Positions 58,813 through 64,000 of a DNA stretch of 64,000 nt are shown piece after piece. The translations under genes were made by a program, and so were the position numbers. Source of the stretch: a virus (lineage: Duplodnaviria; Caudoviricetes); the IMG/VR virus record IMGVR_UViG_3300009540_000001, positions 32,001 through 96,000 of that record, one strand, 5' to 3'. The stretch's first letter is position 1; each line of letters begins with the position of its first letter. Under the pieces are notes generated by a model. It was not told the origin of the DNA, searched no databases, and saw nothing but the letters and a program-made list of their open reading frames with translations.

Positions 58813-59082
58813 ATGCGCTACGCACTGAGCCCGGCGACCCTCCGGGACTACGACGAGGCTCTCTCCCTGCGTAAACACGCAGCGGAGGGCGCCTCGTCGG
58901 CCGTTGTGAGTCCTACGGCTCCGTCCCCGCCCACTCCCACGACGTACAAGGCGCAGAAGCCCCCTCCGCAGCCCGGGGACTACAAGGCGCCCTTCTTGGA
59001 CAACTCGGGCCTCGCGGCCCAAGCGTCGTCCGCGACGCTCTTCCAGGAGGGCAAGGAGAAGTCCATGCCGGTGACGCGGTGA
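58813..59082 (+). CDS. Small hypothetical protein
   Basis: 89 aa; RKHAA; TATGCT 6 nt before the ATG. Confidence 0.5.
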   Translation: MRYALSPATLRDYDEALSLRKHAAEGASSAVVSPTAPSPPTPTTYKAQKPPPQPGDYKAPFLDNSGLAAQASSATLFQEGKEKSMPVTR

Positions 59083-60110
59083 GCGTGTTTACGCAAGGGA
59101 CCGGCACTGCGTACCCGAGTCAGCGCTCGAGCGCAGCCTCACGCAAAGAGCAGACGGCGCTGGATGCGGGCACCGCGTTCAACACCATCGACACGCTGCG
59201 CGCGATCAACCCGGATGCGGACTCGGGGCCGCCTTACGCGGTAAAGGGGGCGGCCCTGCGCACGAAAGTCGCGGTTAGCCCGACCTTCGTCGAGAGGCGC
59301 GTCGCAGCGGCGCGAGCAACGCCAGCCCGTCTTCAGCAGTTTGCGACGAAGATGCGAGGGCGCGCCGAGAACGCGTACGAAAACTCGCGCAGCGCATTCG
59401 GGGCTGCCAACGATTACATGGTCCAGGGCCGCCATAACCCTGAATCCATCCTTCCCGGGCACCAAGAACAAGAAAACTTCTTCGCAGGCCACGCTTGGCG
59501 TGAACGCGAGCTCGGGCATAAGTTCCAAGCAGCGCACGACACCGCGAACGTCCGGCTAGGCCTGCCGGTGGCACCGTTCGACATTGCCGCGCATAACGCC
59601 GCGAGCGACACCCGAGGCAGGTTGGCGCCCGAATTCCGCACTCTCGTGGGCTCGAAGGTCGCCGGCCACCCCCACGACCGCATCGAAGAGCGCACGCCGC
59701 TGCACAAGGGCAACATCGAACCCTTGCAACGCGCCGTGGACTTCCTCGGTCTTTCCCCTGGCTCCTATCACCTCCCTCTACGCGGTAAAGACGGTCAGGT
59801 CCTCGGCTACGCTCAGTTCAAAGGCGTGCCGAACCGCAAGGGGCCCGTGCTCGCGACGGTGCTCGCGCCGCACATGACGCCGGGCGGCGTCAATCTCGAG
59901 ACGTTCACGAAGAAGGCGGAGCTCGCGACGAGCGGCACCCCGCGACAGTCGGGCCTGTTCGACACCGACGACCGCGCGCCGCTCCCTCCCGAAGCGCTCG
60001 GCTGGAACGGAACGCATCAGACGGTGGGACGGCAGGAGTCCACGGGGTACGCGATGCGCCGCGCCTTCGAAGACGTGAACCACGCGGTGCCCGAAGGGGC
60101 CATGGAATGA
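59079..60110 (+). CDS. Modular K-x-A-delimited hypothetical protein
   Basis: TKVAV, SKVAG and TKKAE delimit distinct segments; coupled at both ends. Confidence 0.55.
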   Translation: MSVFTQGTGTAYPSQRSSAASRKEQTALDAGTAFNTIDTLRAINPDADSGPPYAVKGAALRTKVAVSPTFVERRVAAARATPARLQQFATKMRGRAENAYENSRSAFGAANDYMVQGRHNPESILPGHQEQENFFAGHAWRERELGHKFQAAHDTANVRLGLPVAPFDIAAHNAASDTRGRLAPEFRTLVGSKVAGHPHDRIEERTPLHKGNIEPLQRAVDFLGLSPGSYHLPLRGKDGQVLGYAQFKGVPNRKGPVLATVLAPHMTPGGVNLETFTKKAELATSGTPRQSGLFDTDDRAPLPPEALGWNGTHQTVGRQESTGYAMRRAFEDVNHAVPEGAME

Positions 60111-60946
60111 AGCTCGAGATCACGCGCTTCGCGGCGCTCTTCCCCTACGGCTACTTCGTGCAGTGGTCGATGTCGTCGATTCCTCCCGAGGAGTCCGGCA
60201 CGTTCGCCTTTACGCTCGAGCGTTCGGGTGGGCCCAACGGTCCGTGGACAAAGATCCTCGACGCGAACGACCAGTACGCGTTCTCGGATCGCTTCGACGC
60301 CATCGAGTCCACAGCGGACGAACTTCAGCCGAACTCGCTGCGGCTATACCAAGAGGTCTACTACCGCGTCACCTGCACGACCCCGACGGGCAAGGTCCTG
60401 ACGGACGTGGAGGAGACCGGGTCGCACGCTCCCTCGCGCAAGATGATGCAGTACCTGCGCAAGGGACAGCGCGACTTCAGGCTCACGCTGAAGTACAACG
60501 GGACGCCCGTCGCGCTCCTCAAGAAGCGCCGCTGGGGCGTTCGCTGCCCGAAGTGCTTCGACAAGGGCACGAAGGAAGTGGCCCGCCCGAACTGCCCGGT
60601 GTGCTGGAGCACGGGGTTCGTGGGCGGGTACTGGGAGCCCTTCTACACGAAGGCCCGGCGCAACGTGTCGTCCAACACCTCGACGATCACCCCCGCGCAG
60701 AAGTCCGACGCGAACGACGCGAGCTTCTGGCTCCCCGATTACCCGTCGCTCGAACGGGACGATCTAATCGTGTCGTTTTCCGACCAGCGCCGGTTCCGCG
60801 TGGACGTGTCCATCGAGACGAACATTCAGCTCAACACCGTGCATCAGGAGGTGACGGCGTTGCAGCTGCCGAACGACCATCCGATGCTGCGCTACCCCTT
60901 CAACTTCGATAGCTTCCCGCCTGTGTACGGCGAGGTGCGGCCATGA
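60107..60946 (+). CDS. Neck / head-closure protein
   Basis: RCPKC...CPVCWSTGFVGGY, DLIV...RFRV; lies between capsid and sheath genes. Confidence 0.6.
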   Translation: MKLEITRFAALFPYGYFVQWSMSSIPPEESGTFAFTLERSGGPNGPWTKILDANDQYAFSDRFDAIESTADELQPNSLRLYQEVYYRVTCTTPTGKVLTDVEETGSHAPSRKMMQYLRKGQRDFRLTLKYNGTPVALLKKRRWGVRCPKCFDKGTKEVARPNCPVCWSTGFVGGYWEPFYTKARRNVSSNTSTITPAQKSDANDASFWLPDYPSLERDDLIVSFSDQRRFRVDVSIETNIQLNTVHQEVTALQLPNDHPMLRYPFNFDSFPPVYGEVRP

Positions 60947-61665
60947 GCGGCTCCATGTTCCACGTTCACGGCGGCGTCACGCGCGTCGAGGGGCAGCAGG
61001 AGGACGTCTTCCCGAGCTCCCCCATGGCGCTCGTCGCGGTGTTCACCGACGTCCTGCGCGCGCGGTTCTCGGGGAACAACGCCTTGGGCGGGCCCTACGT
61101 CTGGTCGCCCGACTCACAGCCGACGGACATCGACCCGGAGGCGACGGAGACGCCGCAGACGAAGCTCTACATCGAGAGCCAGTACACCGAAGAGCCCGAC
61201 GCGCGCGACCGGGCCCCGGGCATCTTCATCGACAAGGGCGCAACCCAGGTCATGAAGGTCGGCCTCGGCCACCGCGTGGACATCGACATCCCGTCGATGA
61301 CCGAAGTGTTCGAGGCCTGGGCCGACGTCCCGATCATGCTCATGTGCGTCGCCCGGGAGCGGGGCACGTCCGCCACCATCGCGGACCACGTGTTCATGTT
61401 CATCCTCGCGTCGAACAACCACATCCGGGAAGCTTTCGGCATCCACGACATCTCGCCGCCCACGCTCGACGCGACGCAGGTGTACCATCAGTCGACCGCA
61501 GCCCCAGAGACGTGGGTCACGAACGTGACGATCATGGTAAAGATCAAGTTCGCGTGGCGCACGCGACCGATCGCACCGATCCTCAAGCAGATCGCGGCCA
61601 ACTACCGTTTCGGCAGCGTGAACGTCGGCGTCGTCTCTACCGAGACGCGACTGCCACCTCGCTGA
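60943..61665 (+). CDS. Putative tail completion/terminator protein
   Basis: 240 aa directly before the sheath gene; RAPGIFIDKG...MCVA pattern. Confidence 0.5.
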   Translation: MSGSMFHVHGGVTRVEGQQEDVFPSSPMALVAVFTDVLRARFSGNNALGGPYVWSPDSQPTDIDPEATETPQTKLYIESQYTEEPDARDRAPGIFIDKGATQVMKVGLGHRVDIDIPSMTEVFEAWADVPIMLMCVARERGTSATIADHVFMFILASNNHIREAFGIHDISPPTLDATQVYHQSTAAPETWVTNVTIMVKIKFAWRTRPIAPILKQIAANYRFGSVNVGVVSTETRLPPR

Positions 61666-61707
61666 ACCCCCTCGCCCTATCGTTACGCCGGAGCAACGGA
61701 GCAAACA

Positions 61708-64000
61708 GTGGCACGACCCCTCGTTCTCATCTTTCAGGAGCTCGCGCAGCCCACGGTCACGCCGGACACGCCGGACCTGAGCTCGATCATCGTGGGGCCC
61801 GCCTACGACCTCTTCGACTACCCGGAGGACGCGGCGACCATTCTCTTGGCCTCCGAGTACGGGTCGCTCGAGAGTGACGCGACCTACGTGCCGCCGGTCG
61901 CAGGGACCGACGCCGTCACGGTGCCCGACCAGGGCTACCCGGGACAGAGCGCGGGCTCGAAGGTCGACCACCTCTCGGTGCGTCCGTACCTGCGCCTGCC
62001 GCGCGTGGTCCTGGCCTCGACGTACCTCGGCGGCGGCGTCGCCCCGGTGCTCGGCGCGACGCTGACCACGGACGTTCTCGACCGCACGCTGATCGAGATC
62101 ACGGGTGGCATCACGACGTCGTTCGTCGCTGCGGGCGTCAAGCCGGGCGATCGGATCATCCTCACGTCGTCGCTCGGGACGCAGTCGGTCGTTCGCACGG
62201 TTCAGTCCGTCGGCGAGCCGAACCCGGACGGCCTCGTCGAGTCGGGCAACGAGGGCAAGCTGCGCATCACGCAGCAGCTGCCGACCGCCGGCGTCGGGAC
62301 CACCGAGTGGACGTACAACACGACCGCCGAAGGCCGCGTCGAGCGCGCCCTGGTCACCCAGGAGCTCTACAACCCCCTGAACACCCTCGTCACGTTCCCC
62401 GAAGCGGGCACGGACAAGACGGTGATCGGCGGCGGCGCAACGCTCCTCGTCGCGATCACCCCCGTCGCATCCGTCTCGGTGCCCGCGCCGGTCACCACGG
62501 TCGTCGCGCGCACCGTCTTGTATGCCCAGGTGTACATGGCGTACCGCGCGCTGCGCCAAGACCTCCAGGTCGTGACCGGCTTTACGGCGTCAAGTGTCTC
62601 CTCGGTCAACGGGAGCCCGGTCGTCATCGGCCTCGGCAAGATCGACGCGCGCAACCCGCTCGCCGTGGGCGTGTACGTCGCGCTGCTGAACTCGGGCCTG
62701 GTCTCGATCTTCGCGTACGGCGTGAGCACGAACGACGGCGCCGGCCACCTCGAGGCGCGCGGCGCGCTCGAGTCGCGCCGCGACCTGTACTGCTTCGTCC
62801 CGCTCACCGAGGACATCAACATCCACGCTGCGTACAAGACGCAGTTCGATCTGCTCGCGGACCCGACCTCGGCGCTCGCCACGGGCGTCGTGCAGAAGTT
62901 CCGCATCGTCCTCGGCGCGATCCCGATGCCCGTCAACGAGACGGTGTACTCGGGCTCGATCAGCGCAGCGGCGCAGCAGCCCTCGGGCGCATCGACCGGC
63001 AAGTTCCGCACGCTGTCGCTGGCGAACGTCTCGACGGGCGCGATCAACGTGCGCGACGTCCTCCCGGGCGACAGCGTCACCATCGGGCTCACGCCGTCGG
63101 CGACCGACTGGCAGAACCGGCGCGGCACGCACACCGTCGGGCACGTCAACAAGTCGAAGGACTACCCGACGGCGGGCGACACGAGCGAGCTCGAGCTGGT
63201 CCCCGCGTCGACGCGGTGGGACAGCGCTGCCGCTCCCGTATCGGCGGGCGACATCGAGATCGTGATCAAGGCGCCCGACGGCAGCACGAAGGTCGAACTG
63301 CTCGCGGAGGGCACCGTCTCGACGGGCTTGCCGATCTCGACGAGCGGTACCGGCACCGTCAAGTACGTGATGAAGGGCCCGACGACCGTGGGCGGCCCGT
63401 ACACCGTGACCTACGTCGCGGTTCCGGGTCTCGTGGCGGTCACCGTGTCGATCGTGGGCTTCGCGGTCACGGTGCAAGTCAACGGCACCTCGCACGACCA
63501 CGATGACGTCGCTGACGCCATCAACGCGCACGCAACCGTGTCCGCACTGATGACGGCGAGCGTGACCGCTGGCGGCGCGATCGTCGTCCTCCCGGTGACA
63601 CAGACCCGCGTGCATGTCTCGGGGCAGAACGGCGCAGCGGCGAGCATCGTCGCGGGCGCGGGCGCCGGCAACGTGCGCGTAACGGGCGTCACGGGCATGA
63701 CGGCGGCTTCGGTCGGTCGGTACCTGACGATCGAGGACGCGACCACCCTGGCGAACAACGGCATCTTCCTGATCGCGGCGTTCAACTCCGCGACCTCGAT
63801 CGACGTCGTGAACGCCGCTGGCGTCATCGGCGACGCGAACAACGGCTCGATCAACTGGGTCGAGAGCTACGCCGGCATCCAGCCCGTCGTCGGCTCGGCG
63901 ACCGCGTCGATCCTCGTCAACGACCTGATGTTCAACAGGCTCGAGGACGCTTCGGCGACGTTCCTGTCGGTGGGCGTGCAGCCCGGCGACACGATCCAGA
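61708..64000 (+). CDS. Tail sheath protein (3'-truncated; absent from the ORF track)
   Basis: GTG start after GGAG, reading MARPLVLIFQELAQP...IIVGPAY; later RNPLAVG...LESRRDLYCFVPLT. Frame appears open to the window end. Confidence 0.65.
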   Translation, partial: MARPLVLIFQELAQPTVTPDTPDLSSIIVGPAYDLFDYPEDAATILLASEYGSLESDATYVPPVAGTDAVTVPDQGYPGQSAGSKVDHLSVRPYLRLPRVVLASTYLGGGVAPVLGATLTTDVLDRTLIEITGGITTSFVAAGVKPGDRIILTSSLGTQSVVRTVQSVGEPNPDGLVESGNEGKLRITQQLPTAGVGTTEWTYNTTAEGRVERALVTQELYNPLNTLVTFPEAGTDKTVIGGGATLLVAITPVASVSVPAPVTTVVARTVLYAQVYMAYRALRQDLQVVTGFTASSVSSVNGSPVVIGLGKIDARNPLAVGVYVALLNSGLVSIFAYGVSTNDGAGHLEARGALESRRDLYCFVPLTEDINIHAAYKTQFDLLADPTSALATGVVQKFRIVLGAIPMPVNETVYSGSISAAAQQPSGASTGKFRTLSLANVSTGAINVRDVLPGDSVTIGLTPSATDWQNRRGTHTVGHVNKSKDYPTAGDTSELELVPASTRWDSAAAPVSAGDIEIVIKAPDGSTKVELLAEGTVSTGLPISTSGTGTVKYVMKGPTTVGGPYTVTYVAVPGLVAVTVSIVGFAVTVQVNGTSHDHDDVADAINAHATVSALMTASVTAGGAIVVLPVTQTRVHVSGQNGAAASIVAGAGAGNVRVTGVTGMTAASVGRYLTIEDATTLANNGIFLIAAFNSATSIDVVNAAGVIGDANNGSINWVESYAGIQPVVGSATASILVNDLMFNRLEDASATFLSVGVQPGDTIQ

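Larger units (their letters stand above)
1404..59789. repeat. Dispersed palindromic motif TTTAC-NNN-GTAAA (at least 32 copies)
   Basis: TTTACNNNGTA or its reverse complement starts at 1404, 3522, 6384, 9087, 11592, 12929, 14346, 16347, 17566, 20972, 21583, 23343, 24718, 25466, 27284, 27989, 29456, 30674, 32615, 33119, 34903, 37698, 40278, 43059, 43099, 46496, 47561, 48863, 52784, 56694, 59235, 59779. Confidence 0.9.

Noticed and set aside
1-64000. Many long antisense or alternate-frame ORFs (e.g. 6696-8789 +, 11593-14253 -, 18694-21405 +, 37871-40597 -, 49752-52805 -)
   Set aside because: Shadow ORFs expected from high GC3. They are Arg/Gly/Pro-rich, lack motifs and overlap well-supported genes.
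1-64000. tRNA, rRNA, integrase or transposase genes
   Set aside because: None recognised by eye and intergenic gaps are very short. A tRNAscan/Infernal run would be needed to exclude small RNAs formally.

Overview
GC-rich (roughly two-thirds G+C by eye), gene-dense segment of a large contractile-tailed (myovirus-like) bacteriophage genome. I saw no bacterial housekeeping context. Left to right: baseplate/tail-fibre genes (+); class II ribonucleotide reductase with an intein and RuvC (-); virion genes and an intein-containing large terminase (+); a replication/recombination block (-) with a DEDDh exonuclease, UDG-like-domain/family A DNA polymerase, primase-helicase, two Cas4-like PD-(D/E)XK nucleases, ParB and an SNF2 helicase, plus a sigma-70-family factor (+); then a long + strand morphogenesis block. 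That block holds the portal, a phage multisubunit RNA polymerase (beta fused to the N-half of beta', beta' C-half separate), many Lys-x-Ala-rich putative head proteins, an intein-containing prohead protease, major capsid, neck proteins and the start of the tail sheath. Most striking observations: (1) a palindrome TTTAC-NNN-GTAAA with at least 32 copies, about one per 2 kb, often written into coding sequence with rare codons, two of them flanking a solo parB; (2) a probably virion-packaged RNAP carrying a pyrophosphatase-like domain bracketed by K-x-A motifs; (3) a pervasive K-x-A motif that looks like the head-protease cleavage signal. All protein calls come from motif recognition by eye; no database searches were run.
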